Positions 19,398 through 29,579 of a stretch of DNA of 64,000 nt are shown piece by piece (within the stretch, counting starts at the first letter, position 1; every line of letters begins with the position of its first letter). The translations under genes and the position numbers were made by a program. Under the pieces are notes generated by a model. That model did no database searches, was not told the origin of the DNA, and saw nothing but the letters and a program-made list of their open reading frames with translations. Source of the DNA: Candidatus Aminicenantes bacterium (GTDB taxonomy: Bacteria; Acidobacteriota; Aminicenantia; Aminicenantales; UBA4085); assembly GCA_963729855.1 (NCBI GenBank), contig CAVSPT010000006.1, forward strand, positions 1,344,770-1,408,769. Reading direction: 5' to 3'.

Positions 19398-20273
19398 CTA
19401 TTTTTTCAGGGCTTCGACCGCGGTCATGATTTCAAGGAGTTCCTTGGTGATCCCCGCCTGGCGGATCTTGTTCATCACCAGGAAGTATTTGTGGATCAGC
19501 TCTCCGGCGTTGCGCGAGGCGCTGTCCATGGCCATCATCCGGGCCGCCTGCTCGGCCGCCTGCGACTCGTAGTAGGCGTGTCCGATCTGGTCCTCGATGA
19601 ACCGGGGCAGCAGAACATCCAGGACGCTGCGAGGGCCCGGCTCCCAGGCGGGGACGACGATCCCCCCGGGAATGTTATGGCGGACCGCCTGCTCCGGCGG
19701 GACCACGGGGATGAGGCGTTTGATGTTGAGGCGGGGAGAGAGAACGGATTTGAACTCGTTGAAGGCCAGGTAGACGGCGTCGGTCTCCTGATAGAGGAAG
19801 AGCCGGACGAGCTGGCGGGCGATGTCGCGGAGGACGTCCTCCTCAAGCTTGTCGGTCTTGTCGCCGACGGTCCGCTCGATGGGGAAGGCCTGCCTGCGGA
19901 AATGATGGACGGCCTTCCGGCCGATGAGAACGAGGCGGACGGCCGCCGTCTTCGATTTCTCGTCGAGGAACTCCTGGACCCGGAGAAGCAGGTTGGAGTT
20001 GAAGGCCCCGCAGAGTCCCTTGTCCGAGGTCAGGACGATGACATGGACCCGGCGCTCCTCGCGGGGAAGCAGGAGCGGGTGGCCCGACCCATCCGTCCAG
20101 CGGGAGGCGTCCCAAATGAGGGCCGGCGTTCCGTGCCAATAGGGCCGTCCCTCGTGGATGACCCGTTGGGCCTTCTTGAACTTCGCCGTGGAGACGGTCT
20201 TCATCGCCTTGGTGACCTGCTGCATGTTTTTGCTGCTCTTGATCCGGCGGCGAAGATCGATGAGGGTCGGCAT
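19398..20273 (-). CDS. atpG: F0F1 ATP synthase subunit gamma
   Basis: [36 protein letters not shown]. Confidence 0.9.
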   Translation of the reverse strand: MPTLIDLRRRIKSSKNMQQVTKAMKTVSTAKFKKAQRVIHEGRPYWHGTPALIWDASRWTDGSGHPLLLPREERRVHVIVLTSDKGLCGAFNSNLLLRVQEFLDEKSKTAAVRLVLIGRKAVHHFRRQAFPIERTVGDKTDKLEEDVLRDIARQLVRLFLYQETDAVYLAFNEFKSVLSPRLNIKRLIPVVPPEQAVRHNIPGGIVVPAWEPGPRSVLDVLLPRFIEDQIGHAYYESQAAEQAARMMAMDSASRNAGELIHKYFLVMNKIRQAGITKELLEIMTAVEALKK

Positions 20274-21790
20274 CAGACGCTCTGTTCCCGGAAGCAGGTG
20301 TTGAATTCGGTCAGGGCGGAGGCGATCTCGGCGTCCAAGTCGTTGTCGATCTGCTTGCGTCGGACAATGGCCGCCAGGATGCCGCTTTGTTCGCGTTCGA
20401 AGTACTCATCCAGCTTGCACTCGTAATCGAGGATGCGGGAGACCGGGAATTCGTCGAGGAAGCCGCGGTTGCCGGCGTAGATGATCAGGATCTGCTTCTC
20501 CACCGGCAGGGGGTGGAACTGGCCCTGCTTGAGGATCTCGGTCAGGCGCACGCCGCGGTCGAGCTGGGCCTGGCTGATCTTGTCCAGCTCGGTGCCGAAC
20601 TGGGCGAAGGTCAGGAGCTCGCGGTACTGCTGGAGATCGCCGCGCAGCTTTCCGGCGATCTGCTTCATGGCCTTGATCTGGGCGTCGCCGCCGACACGCG
20701 AGACGGATATGCCGACGTTGATGGCCGGGCGGACGCCCGAGTTGAAGAGCTCGGGCTCCAGATAGATCTGGCCGTCGGTGATGGAGATGACGTTGGTCGG
20801 GATGTAGCCGGAGACGTCTCCGGCCTGGGTCTCGATCAGCGGCAAGGCCGTCAGCGAGCCGGCGCCCAGCGCGTCACTCAGCTTGGCCGCCCGCTCCAGG
20901 AGGCGGGAATGGAGGTAGAAGACGTCGCCGGGGTAGGCCTCGCGGCCGGGCGGGCGGCGCAGCAGGAGCGAAATCTCGCGGTAGGCGGCGGCATGCTTGC
21001 TCAAGTCGTCGTAGATGCACAGGGCGTGCCCTCCGTTGTCGCGGAAATATTCGCCCATGGCGCAGCCGCTGTACGGCGCCAGATATTGAAACGGCGAAGA
21101 ATCGCTGGCCGAGGCGGCCACGACGATGGAGTAGTCCATGGCCCCGTTGTCCTCCAGGGTCTTGATGAAATGGGCCACGGTCGAGTTCTTCTGGCCGATG
21201 GCCACATAGATGCAGATGACCCCGGTCCCCTTCTGGTTGAGGATGGTGTCCATAATGATGGCTGATTTGCCGGTTTGGCGGTCGCCGATGATGAGCTCGC
21301 GCTGGCCGCGGCCGATGGGGATCATGGCATCGATGGCCTTGATGCCCGTCTGGAGGGGCTCGCGGACGGGCTGGCGGTCGACGACGCCGGGGGCCAGGCG
21401 CTCGACGGGCAGGAACGTGTCCGTCCGGATGGGCCCCTTGTCGTCGAGGGGCTGGCCGAGCGGGTCGACGACCCGACCGACCAGGGCCGGCCCGACCGGC
21501 ACGGAGATGATGCGGTGGGTCCGCTTGACCGTGTCGCCCTCCTTGATCTGGTGGCTCTCACCCAGCAGGACCGCGCCGACGCTGTCCTCCTCCAGGTTCA
21601 GGGCGATGCCGGAGATGCCGTGGGGGAAATCGAGGAGTTCGTTGTACATGACCCGGTCCAGGCCGTAGATCTTGGCGATGCCGTCGCCGACGGAAATGAC
21701 CGAGCCGACCTCCCGGATGTCGACGTCGCTCTGAAACCCCTCGATCTCGTGCTGGATGATCTTGCTGATCTCGTCGGCTTTGATGGCCAT
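20273..21790 (-). CDS. atpA: F0F1 ATP synthase subunit alpha
   Basis: [19 protein letters not shown]...[10 protein letters not shown]. Confidence 0.95.
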   Translation of the reverse strand: MAIKADEISKIIQHEIEGFQSDVDIREVGSVISVGDGIAKIYGLDRVMYNELLDFPHGISGIALNLEEDSVGAVLLGESHQIKEGDTVKRTHRIISVPVGPALVGRVVDPLGQPLDDKGPIRTDTFLPVERLAPGVVDRQPVREPLQTGIKAIDAMIPIGRGQRELIIGDRQTGKSAIIMDTILNQKGTGVICIYVAIGQKNSTVAHFIKTLEDNGAMDYSIVVAASASDSSPFQYLAPYSGCAMGEYFRDNGGHALCIYDDLSKHAAAYREISLLLRRPPGREAYPGDVFYLHSRLLERAAKLSDALGAGSLTALPLIETQAGDVSGYIPTNVISITDGQIYLEPELFNSGVRPAINVGISVSRVGGDAQIKAMKQIAGKLRGDLQQYRELLTFAQFGTELDKISQAQLDRGVRLTEILKQGQFHPLPVEKQILIIYAGNRGFLDEFPVSRILDYECKLDEYFEREQSGILAAIVRRKQIDNDLDAEIASALTEFNTCFREQSV

Positions 21791-21796
21791 GGCACT

Positions 21797-22339
21797 CTAC
21801 CTCTCGCTGATTTGGTCTTTCAGTTTTTCCAGCTGGCCCTTGAGCGACACGTCGTAGACCAGGTTCCCCCGGCCGACGCGCAATCCGCCGACGATCGACG
21901 GGTCGAGGACATAATCGCAATGGACGGGGCGGTTTCCGATGCGGGCCAGCTCCGCTTCCAAGCGGGTTTTGCGGGCCTGATCGAGGGGGACGACCGAGCG
22001 GACTTCGAAGGACAGGACGCCCCGGCGGCCGCGCCACACGTCGGGCAGCGCGGCCAGGACATCGGGCAGAATCTCCATCCGCCCGTGGCGGAGGAGGACT
22101 TCGAGAAAGCGGGCGGTCTTGGGTCGGACCTGCTGGGCGTCGAGGATGGCCTTGACGATGCGCCCCTTCTTGGCCGCATTGAGGAAGGGGCGCAACAGGG
22201 CGTGGCCCAGGTTCTCGTTCGTCTTGAGCAGCGAGGCGAAATCGGCCAGCTCACGCTGGACGGTCCCGTACTCGGACGGAGTGGACAGGGCCGCCGCCAG
22301 CCCGTCGGTATAACGCTTAACGAGTGTCGGATTCTTCAT
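21797..22339 (-). CDS. atpH: F0F1 ATP synthase subunit delta
   Basis: OSCP-like protein of 180 aa in the operon position between b and alpha. Confidence 0.8.
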   Translation of the reverse strand: MKNPTLVKRYTDGLAAALSTPSEYGTVQRELADFASLLKTNENLGHALLRPFLNAAKKGRIVKAILDAQQVRPKTARFLEVLLRHGRMEILPDVLAALPDVWRGRRGVLSFEVRSVVPLDQARKTRLEAELARIGNRPVHCDYVLDPSIVGGLRVGRGNLVYDVSLKGQLEKLKDQISER

Positions 22340-22799
22340 TCAGCGTCTTCAATCGATCGATGGATTTGTCGATCAAGGCGTCCTGGTCGGCCGCGGTCAG
22401 CCTGTTTTTCAAGCGCTCTTCGGCCAGCCCGGCGGCCAGCCCGGCGGTCATGGCCTTGAGTTCCCGCACGCCGGCCTTGAGATGGGCCTCGATCTCCTGG
22501 CGGGCCAGGGTCCGAAGCCGCTCCGCTTCCTTCCCGGCCAGCTCGCGGATGCGCTCCTTCTCCTTGAGGCCATCCGCTTCGGCTTCGCTTTTCAGCCGGA
22601 TCATCTCGGCCTCCAGGGCGGCCGCTTTGCGGCGGGCCTCCTCGAGCTGGCGTTCGGCCGCCGCCCGGGCCTCGGTGGCCTCAGCCAGCGTCCGTTCGAT
22701 CGTTCGAGTGCGCTTGTCGAGGAGGGCCAGGAACGGCTTGCGCAGGAAGAGGAACAATCCGCCGAAGAGGATGGCGAAATTGATGATCTTGCCGATCAT
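22317..22799 (-). CDS. atpF: F0F1 ATP synthase subunit b
   Basis: MIGKIINFAILFGGLFLFLRKPF followed by a charged coiled-coil. Confidence 0.8.
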   Translation of the reverse strand: MIGKIINFAILFGGLFLFLRKPFLALLDKRTRTIERTLAEATEARAAAERQLEEARRKAAALEAEMIRLKSEAEADGLKEKERIRELAGKEAERLRTLARQEIEAHLKAGVRELKAMTAGLAAGLAEERLKNRLTAADQDALIDKSIDRLKTLNEESDTR

Positions 22800-23212
22800 T
22801 GCAGGAGCCTTTTTTCAATGGCTTCGGCCAGGCCGCCGGCCTTGGCCCGAAGCTCGGCTTTGAGACCATCCAGCTCGCCGAGAAGCCTGATCCGGGCTCC
22901 TTCGACCTCGGCCTTGGCCGCGGCTCCCACTTCATTGAGCAGGCGGGTCTTTTCCCGGAGGGCCTCGGCCTCGAGGTCCTCGCGGATCCGAGAGGCCGCC
23001 GCGCGGGCCGCCTTGACCGATACGTCGATGTCGTGGAGGCTGCGCCGGTTCTGCTCGGAGGCCTGCTGGGACGCCTGGCGGTCGGCCGTGACGCGTCCTT
23101 CGCGCTCCTCGCGGAATTTCTGATAGGGACGGAAAAAGACCTTGCCGAGGATCAGGACGAGAATCCAGACGACGGCGAAGGTGACGAGGAACGTCGCGTT
23201 GATGTCAAGCAT
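22796..23212 (-). CDS. F0F1 ATP synthase subunit b' (second b-type subunit)
   Basis: Track ORF 22796..23332; a likely ATG at 23212 gives MLDINATFLVTFAVVWILVLILGKVFFRPY plus a coiled-coil. It overlaps atpF by 4 nt. Confidence 0.7.
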   Translation of the reverse strand: MLDINATFLVTFAVVWILVLILGKVFFRPYQKFREEREGRVTADRQASQQASEQNRRSLHDIDVSVKAARAAASRIREDLEAEALREKTRLLNEVGAAAKAEVEGARIRLLGELDGLKAELRAKAGGLAEAIEKRLLQ

Positions 23213-23290
23213 GATACGGCGGAACGCTCTCCAAAATGAGGCCGAAATTATACCGTGTTCCGTCCTCCCGTTCAAACGGCAATAAAGCGG

Positions 23291-23580
23291 GCGCGGGGCG
23301 TTGAATCCGAAACACGCGAAAATCCCCAGCAAGAATTTTCGCTCCGCTCCTCACTCGCTCCCGTACTCATCGCATTGAACTCGTTTTCGACGAGTACGGA
23401 CCCTGCCCGCTCGCTCGTCGACGGGTTTCGGATTCAACGCCCCGCGCCGGGAGAAGAGCGCTGCCATGATTTTCCTCTTCGCTCCCTAGCTCATCGGGAC
23501 GATAATGTGCCCGACCAGCGAGGATCATGCCCGCTTAGTCGTCGCACGGGTTTTACCCGGCTTGCCCCGAGCCCGATATC
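23291..23580. repeat. Family-1 REP/MITE-like palindromic element (perfect 23-bp inverted repeats at 23291-23313 and 23425-23447; nested hairpin 23352-23390; shared 17-mer ccggcttgccccgagcc at 23557-23573)
   Basis: Seen directly. Sub-motifs recur at about 30.84, 41.55-41.77 and 44.48-44.70 kb in either orientation. Confidence 0.8.
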
Positions 23581-23590
23581 CACGTCGAAT

Positions 23591-24904
23591 TTATTTTGGT
23601 CTTTCGCCGGCGAATACGCGGCGGGGAAGTTTTTTGACTTCGCCGACGAGGTAGAGCGAACCGGCGATCAGGACCGTCCCCTTCGGCCCGGCCTGGGTCC
23701 GGGCCAGGGCGATGGCCGCCCGGAGATCGGGTACGATCCGGATCTTCGAACGGAACCGGACCGCGATTTTCAGGATCTCTTCGGGCGAAGCGGCCCGGGG
23801 CGAGGGGATGGTCGTCAGGACGATCATCTCCGGGCGGGGGAAAAGAAAGCCCGCAGCCCGGCCGACGGCCTTGTCCTTGAGCATGGCGAAGACCAGGATC
23901 AGCGGGCCGCGGACAAAATCACGGACATACGCGGCCAGGGCCCTGGCCCCGTCTTCGTTGTGGGCCCCGTCCAGAAGGACGAGCGGCCGCCGGCCGACGG
24001 CTTCCAACCGGCCCGGCCATTCGGCGGCCGCTAAACCGGCCAGGATCACCCGCCGATCGAGGGGCCGTCCCAGACAGCCGAGGGTCCGGGCCGCGGCCAC
24101 GGCCACGGCGGCGTTCTCGCCCTGGTGGCCTCCCCGCAGCTTCAGCCGGAAGATGAACGTCTCCCCGCAGGAATCGTAGCGGAAGCGGAAACCGCCCGGA
24201 GTGCGGGCCGCGAAAAGCGCCCCGTCGCGCCCGAACACGGCGACGCGCGGCGCGCCGAGCTCCCTAGCCCGGCGGCCGATGACCGCGGCGGCCGTGCCGC
24301 CCTCCACGCCGATGACGACGGGCACGCCGGGCTTGATGATCCCGGCCTTTTCAAAGGCTATGGCGGCCAGGGTGGGCCCCAGGTATTCGCGATGGTCGAT
24401 GGAGATCGAAGTGATGACCGAGACCAGCGGAGTGACGATGTTGGTGGCATCGAAACGGCCGCCCATGCCCACCTCGAGGACGGCGATATCGACCTTCCGC
24501 TCGGCGAAATGAAGGAAGGCCAGGATGGTCAGAACCTCAAAATAGGTGGGATGGGCCTCCAGGCGCCCGGCGGCGAAGAGCCGGTCGATCGTCTTCCTGA
24601 TCCGGCCGAGCAAGCGGTCGAAGTCGGCCTCCGAGATGGGCCGACCGCCGATCCGGATGCGCTCGCGGACGTCGGCCAAATGGGGCGACGTGTACAATCC
24701 GACGCGCCGGCCGTCCGCTTTGAGGATGGAGGCCAGCATGGCGCAGACCGATCCCTTGCCGTTGGTGCCGGCGACATGGACGGATGGAAAACGCCGCTGG
24801 GGGTCGCCGCAGGCGGCCAGGACCGCGGCCACGTTCTGCAGGCCGAGTTTGACGCCGAATCGTTGCAGGCTTTGGAGATACGTCCCGCGGCCGGCCCGGT
24901 TCAT
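23591..24904 (-). CDS. folC: Bifunctional folylpolyglutamate synthase / dihydrofolate synthase
   Basis: HVAGTNGKGSV...LYTSPHL, the Mur-ligase-family P-loop. Confidence 0.85.
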   Translation of the reverse strand: MNRAGRGTYLQSLQRFGVKLGLQNVAAVLAACGDPQRRFPSVHVAGTNGKGSVCAMLASILKADGRRVGLYTSPHLADVRERIRIGGRPISEADFDRLLGRIRKTIDRLFAAGRLEAHPTYFEVLTILAFLHFAERKVDIAVLEVGMGGRFDATNIVTPLVSVITSISIDHREYLGPTLAAIAFEKAGIIKPGVPVVIGVEGGTAAAVIGRRARELGAPRVAVFGRDGALFAARTPGGFRFRYDSCGETFIFRLKLRGGHQGENAAVAVAAARTLGCLGRPLDRRVILAGLAAAEWPGRLEAVGRRPLVLLDGAHNEDGARALAAYVRDFVRGPLILVFAMLKDKAVGRAAGFLFPRPEMIVLTTIPSPRAASPEEILKIAVRFRSKIRIVPDLRAAIALARTQAGPKGTVLIAGSLYLVGEVKKLPRRVFAGERPK

Positions 24905-25695
24905 AAGGGGCGGTTGAGCAGGAGCCGCAGAATGCGGATGAGATACGGGCGGAGCTGCTTGCGAGGCACGATATCGTCGAGCATGCCGTGTTTAAGCAAG
25001 AACTCGGAGCGCTGGAAGCCTTTGGGCAGCTTTTCCCGGATCGTCTGCTCGATGACCCGCGGGCCGGCGAAGCCGATGAGCGCGTTCGGTTCGGCGATGT
25101 TGAGGTCCCCGAGCATGGCGAAGGAAGCCGTCGTGCCCCCGGTCGTCGGATCGGCCATGACCGAGATGAACGGCAGGCGGGCCGCCTCCAGGCGGGCCAA
25201 GGCCGCGCCGGACTTGGCCATCTGCATCAGGGACAGGGCGCCTTCCTGCATGCGCATCCCGCCGGAACAGGAGACGATGATCAAGGGGATCTTTTCCTGG
25301 AGGGCCTTTTCCGCCGCACGGGCGATTTTCTCGCCGACGACCGAGCCCACGCTTCCGCCCATGAAGGCGAAATCGAGGGCGCAAATGACCGTCCGGACGC
25401 CCCCGACAAGGCCCACGGCGGTGACGGCCGCCTCGGGCAGGTCGGTCTTGCCTTGGGAGTCGGCCAGGCGCTTGTCGTACGGCTGGCTGTCGACGAAATG
25501 GAGCGGATCGCAGGGATTCAAATTATGGTCGATGATGTCGAACTTTTGGTCGTCGAAGAACATGGCCAGCCGCTCCGCGGCGGACAACCGGAAATGGAAG
25601 CCGCAGGCGGGGCAGACGGACAGATTTTCCAGGATGTCTTCTTTGAACAGGATCCTCTGGCAGTTGTTGCAGCGGGTCCACAGATTTTCACTCAT
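24901..25695 (-). CDS. accD: Acetyl-CoA carboxylase carboxyltransferase subunit beta
   Basis: An N-terminal Zn-ribbon (CNNCQRIL...CPACGFH) plus the carboxyltransferase domain. Confidence 0.9.
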   Translation of the reverse strand: MSENLWTRCNNCQRILFKEDILENLSVCPACGFHFRLSAAERLAMFFDDQKFDIIDHNLNPCDPLHFVDSQPYDKRLADSQGKTDLPEAAVTAVGLVGGVRTVICALDFAFMGGSVGSVVGEKIARAAEKALQEKIPLIIVSCSGGMRMQEGALSLMQMAKSGAALARLEAARLPFISVMADPTTGGTTASFAMLGDLNIAEPNALIGFAGPRVIEQTIREKLPKGFQRSEFLLKHGMLDDIVPRKQLRPYLIRILRLLLNRPL

Positions 25696-25721
25696 GGTGC
25701 GGAGCGAAGTTTAACAAAAAG

Positions 25722-25812
25722 AACGGGGTCGCGTCCACACTTTGCTGCTCGTCATCGAAAACTCCGGCAGCCCCGGGAATTCAGGGACAAGCGGCAAAAT
25801 GTGGACCGATCC
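25722..25812. repeat. Family-2 palindromic element (arms ggggtcgcgtccacactttgc / gcggcaaaatgtggaccgatcc)
   Basis: An imperfect inverted repeat with an internal segment about 70% similar to the element at 26295-26388. Confidence 0.7.
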
Positions 25813-25816
25813 TTGT

Positions 25817-26260
25817 TTACTCCAGCTTTTTCCTCAGGAAGTCGACGATGGCCTCGGCGGCTGGCAGATCAAGGCGGATGTCGATGCGCTCCTTCAAAAG
25901 GCCCAAGGCGCACTCCAGAAAGAGGGCTTCGTCCAGGGGCTTCTCGAAATATCCGGACGCCCCGAACGAGGTCAAAGCCTCGTGGCGGTACTGAGGGCCC
26001 CGGTAGAGGCCGGTGACGATGATGACCGGGACGGTCCCCTGAGCCTCCTGGACGATCCGCTTGGTCAAGTCGAAGCCATGCAGCTTCGGCAAGATGGCTT
26101 CCAGGACGACCAGATCGGGCTTGTCCAGGAGGTACTTCTCCCAAGCCGTCAAACCGTCGGCGGCCGTCTCGGCCTTCAGGCCGTAAGGCTTGAGGAGACG
26201 GGCGATCAGCTCCACGGAACGAGCATCATAATCGACGATCAGAACTTTTTTATCGGTCAC
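25817..26260 (-). CDS. Single-domain response regulator (CheY-like receiver only)
   Basis: MTDKKVLIVDYDARSVELIARLL...DLVVLEAILPKLHGFDL...; no output domain. Confidence 0.8.
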   Translation of the reverse strand: MTDKKVLIVDYDARSVELIARLLKPYGLKAETAADGLTAWEKYLLDKPDLVVLEAILPKLHGFDLTKRIVQEAQGTVPVIIVTGLYRGPQYRHEALTSFGASGYFEKPLDEALFLECALGLLKERIDIRLDLPAAEAIVDFLRKKLE

Positions 26261-26294
26261 GGGTCTATTCTATTACAATTGGAACGCCGGAGAG

Positions 26295-26388
26295 AAGAGG
26301 GTCGCGTCCGCGCTTTGCTTATCATCTTGAAATTCCCGGCTAGCGGGGATTTCCCGAAACCCCGGCCAAAGCGCAGATACGACCCCTG
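26295..26388. repeat. Family-2 palindromic element, second copy (arms gggtcgcgtccgcgctttgc / gccaaagcgcagatacgaccc)
   Basis: Seen directly. It is paired with 25722-25812 and flanks the response-regulator gene on the other side. Confidence 0.7.
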
Positions 26389-26438
26389 GAAATCCTCGAA
26401 GTTTGACCATCATCGGACCTCATGATATATTGCCGGGG

Positions 26439-27422
26439 ATGAGCACGCCCGAAATCGGCCTCTCGATCATCGTCCCGGCTTTCAACGAAGAGAAGAATGT
26501 CCCCCGGATGGTCGAGGAGATCACCGCCGCCGTCGACCGCCTGAAGATCTCCTACGAGGTCATTTTCATCGACGACGGCAGCCGGGACGGCACGTTCGCC
26601 GCCCTCAAGGAAGCCCACGGAACGGACCCCCGGATCAAGGTCATCCGCTTCCGGAAGAATTTCGGCCAGACGGCCGCCCTGTCGGCCGGGTTCGACTACG
26701 CCCTCGGGGAGATCATCGTAACCATCGACGCCGACCTGGAAAACGACCCCAACGACATCGGCCTGCTCCTGGAAAAGATCGGGGAGGGCTACGACCTCGT
26801 CAGCGGCTGGCGGAAAGACCGCTGGAAAAAGCACTTCTTCTCCCGCCGGCTGCCCTCGCTGACGGCCAACTGGCTGATCTCCCGCATCACCAAGGTCCGG
26901 CTCCGCGACTACGGCTGCACCTTGAAGGCCTTCCGCCGCGACGTCATCAAGAACATCAAGCTCTACGGCGAGATGCACCGCTTTATACCGGCCATCGCCG
27001 CCACGATCGGGGTGGACATCGCCGAGGTGCCGGTCAGCTTCCGGCCCCGCATCCACGGCCAATCCAAATACGGCTTTTCCCGTTCGATCCGCGTCTTCCT
27101 CGACCTTCTGACGGTCAAGTTTCTGCTCAGCTATTCCACCCGCCCGCTCCAGATCTTCGGCCTGCTCGGCCTCATCTCGGGCGGTTTCGGCGGGGTCCTG
27201 GGAGCCGTCCTTTCCTACCAGCGGCTCTTCCTGCGGCAGAGCATCTCCAACCGGCCCCTCCTCCTCCTGGCCATCCTGCTCATGGTCATCGGATTCCAGT
27301 TCATCACCATGGGCCTCCTGGGCGAAATCATGGTCCGGACGTACCACGAGGCCGTGGAAAAGCGCATCTACGTCGTCCGCGACGTCCTCGGCGCGGATCC
27401 CCCCCCGGACACGGACGGCTGA
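26439..27422 (+). CDS. GT2 polyprenyl-phosphate glycosyltransferase (ArnC/GtrB/DPM-synthase-like)
   Basis: LSIIVPAFNEE...FIDDGSRDGT...DADLEND, then C-terminal TM helices. The track start is TTG at 26403. Confidence 0.8.
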   Translation: MSTPEIGLSIIVPAFNEEKNVPRMVEEITAAVDRLKISYEVIFIDDGSRDGTFAALKEAHGTDPRIKVIRFRKNFGQTAALSAGFDYALGEIIVTIDADLENDPNDIGLLLEKIGEGYDLVSGWRKDRWKKHFFSRRLPSLTANWLISRITKVRLRDYGCTLKAFRRDVIKNIKLYGEMHRFIPAIAATIGVDIAEVPVSFRPRIHGQSKYGFSRSIRVFLDLLTVKFLLSYSTRPLQIFGLLGLISGGFGGVLGAVLSYQRLFLRQSISNRPLLLLAILLMVIGFQFITMGLLGEIMVRTYHEAVEKRIYVVRDVLGADPPPDTDG

Positions 27423-27424
27423 GC

Positions 27425-28594
27425 ATGAAAATCCTCATGCTCGCCCCCGAGCCTTTTTTCCAGCCCCGGGGGACGCCGATCAGCGTGCATTTCCGGATCA
27501 AAGCCCTCTCCGATCTCGGCCATCAGACCGATCTTCTCACCTATCCCCTGGGCCAGGACATCCTCTTCCGGGGCCTCAGAATCCGCCGCGTCCCCAATCT
27601 CCCCGGCCTGCGGGCCATCAAGATCGGGCCGTCCTGGCCGAAGATCCCGCTCGACGGAATGATGGCCCTGGGCGCTTTCGGCGCCCTGGCCCGCCGGCGC
27701 TACGATCTCGTCTACAGCCACGAGGAGGCGGCCTTCTTCGGCGTCGTCCTGGCCCGGCTGTTCGGCAAGCCGCATCTCTACGACATGCATTCGAGCCTCC
27801 CCCAGCAGCTCACCAATTTCCAGTTCTCCACCTCGTCCCTCCTCAAATCCGTCTTCACCGGACTGGAGGACGCGGTGCTTAAGCACTCGGGTTCGGTCAT
27901 CGTCATCTGCCGCGACCTCTTCGATTACGTCAAGGACAAGGGCTTCGCCGACAAGGCCGTTTTCCTGGAAAATTTCATGGACTTCAACGATTTCGAGGAG
28001 CGTCCGGCCTCGCCCGAGACGATCGCCGCCATCCGTCGCGAAACGGCGCCGGATGGGGAAAAGATCATTCTCTACGCCGGGAACTTCGAGCCTTACCAGG
28101 GCATTCCTCTCCTCATCGAAGCCATGGCCCGGGTCAAGAGCCGAGCCGTGCTCCTGATCGTCGGCGGGTCGAAGGCCGATCATGCCAGGGCCGACGAACA
28201 GGCCCGGGCCCTGGGCGCGGCCGGCCGCGTCCGCTACACCGAAAAAGTCCCCCCTCGCGACGTCCCCCGCTATATCAGCGCGGCCGACGTTCTTGTTTCG
28301 CCTCGGATCTCGGGCACCAACACCCCCCTGAAAATCTATTCCTTCCTCAAATCGGGCAAGCCGTTCGTGGCCACCCGGCTCTACACGCACACCCAGGTGC
28401 TCACGGATGAGATGGTCATCCTGGCCGACCCGACGCCCCGGGGCCTGGCCGAAGGACTCGATTTCGGATTGACGGCGGAGGAGGCCCGGCGGCGGGCCCG
28501 GGATTCCAAGATCCGCGCCGACGCCGAGTATGTCTATCCGCACTACCTGGAAAAGATAGCCCGGGCCCTGTCCAAGGCCGTCGGCCGGGCCTGA
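27425..28594 (+). CDS. Glycosyltransferase family 4
   Basis: A GT-B fold with the EX7E-type C-terminal region; 389 aa. Confidence 0.7.
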   Translation: MKILMLAPEPFFQPRGTPISVHFRIKALSDLGHQTDLLTYPLGQDILFRGLRIRRVPNLPGLRAIKIGPSWPKIPLDGMMALGAFGALARRRYDLVYSHEEAAFFGVVLARLFGKPHLYDMHSSLPQQLTNFQFSTSSLLKSVFTGLEDAVLKHSGSVIVICRDLFDYVKDKGFADKAVFLENFMDFNDFEERPASPETIAAIRRETAPDGEKIILYAGNFEPYQGIPLLIEAMARVKSRAVLLIVGGSKADHARADEQARALGAAGRVRYTEKVPPRDVPRYISAADVLVSPRISGTNTPLKIYSFLKSGKPFVATRLYTHTQVLTDEMVILADPTPRGLAEGLDFGLTAEEARRRARDSKIRADAEYVYPHYLEKIARALSKAVGRA

Positions 28595-28604
28595 GGAGGA
28601 CGCC

Positions 28605-29579
28605 ATGCTCGCCTTCGTTACGGGAGCTTCCGGTTTCGTCGGTTCGCGCCTCATCGACCGGCTGCTGGAGGCGGGATGGACGGTCCGGGCCTTCGACCTC
28701 GGCCGCCGCGGTCCGGAAAGGCCCGGGCTGGAATTCGTTGAAGGAGACATCCGCGATGCCGCGCTCGTCGGCCGTTCCGTCCAAGGCGCCGAAGTCGTCT
28801 TCCATCTGGCCGCGGCCCTCGGCGCCTCACGCTTGGGGGAGGCCGGGTTTCAGGCCGTCAACGAAGGCGGGACGCGCAACGTCCTGGCCTCGGCGAGGGT
28901 CCACGGCGTCAAACGGGCCGTGCACTTCAGCTCGGCCGGCGTCCTCGGCCACGTCAAGGAAAACACGCCCGCCGACGAAAACCATGCCCTCGACCCGCGG
29001 GACGCCTACGACCGGACAAAATTGGCCGGGGAGCGGGCGGCCCTGGAAATCGCCGCCCAGGGGCTCGACGTCGTGGTCATCCGGCCCGGCTGGGTCTACG
29101 GGCCCGGCGACCGGCGGACGTTCAAGCTGATCCGGTCGATCGCCGGCCGGCGTTTCGTCCTGGTCGGACGGGGCGCGGCCCTGCAGACGCCCGTCTATGT
29201 GGACGATCTGGTGAGGGGGACGCTCCTGGCCGCGGAAAAAGGCCGGGCCGGCGAAATCTACCATCTGGCCGGCGGCGAGGCCCTGTCCGTGCGGGCCATG
29301 GTCGAAATGATCGCCGCCGCCTGCGGGCGGAAGCTCCCCCGTTGGCGGGTCCCCATGGGGCCGACGCGCCTTCTGGCGGCGATGACGGGGGGGGCCTTCG
29401 GCCTGATCGGAAAAGAGGCGCCGCTCAATCCCTCGCGGTTGGCCTTCTTTCTCCACCCCAAGCCTCTGGCCATCGCCAAGGCCCGGGCGGACCTCGGCTA
29501 TGCGCCTGAAACGGGATTCGCGGCGGGCCTGGCCGTCACCGTAGACTGGGGCCGCCGGGCCGGCTGGATCCGGGCTTAA
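28605..29579 (+). CDS. NAD-dependent epimerase/dehydratase (extended SDR)
   Basis: MLAFVTGASGFVGSRLIDRLL (Rossmann GxxGxxG) and YDRTK (the YxxxK motif). Confidence 0.8.
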   Translation: MLAFVTGASGFVGSRLIDRLLEAGWTVRAFDLGRRGPERPGLEFVEGDIRDAALVGRSVQGAEVVFHLAAALGASRLGEAGFQAVNEGGTRNVLASARVHGVKRAVHFSSAGVLGHVKENTPADENHALDPRDAYDRTKLAGERAALEIAAQGLDVVVIRPGWVYGPGDRRTFKLIRSIAGRRFVLVGRGAALQTPVYVDDLVRGTLLAAEKGRAGEIYHLAGGEALSVRAMVEMIAAACGRKLPRWRVPMGPTRLLAAMTGGAFGLIGKEAPLNPSRLAFFLHPKPLAIAKARADLGYAPETGFAAGLAVTVDWGRRAGWIRA

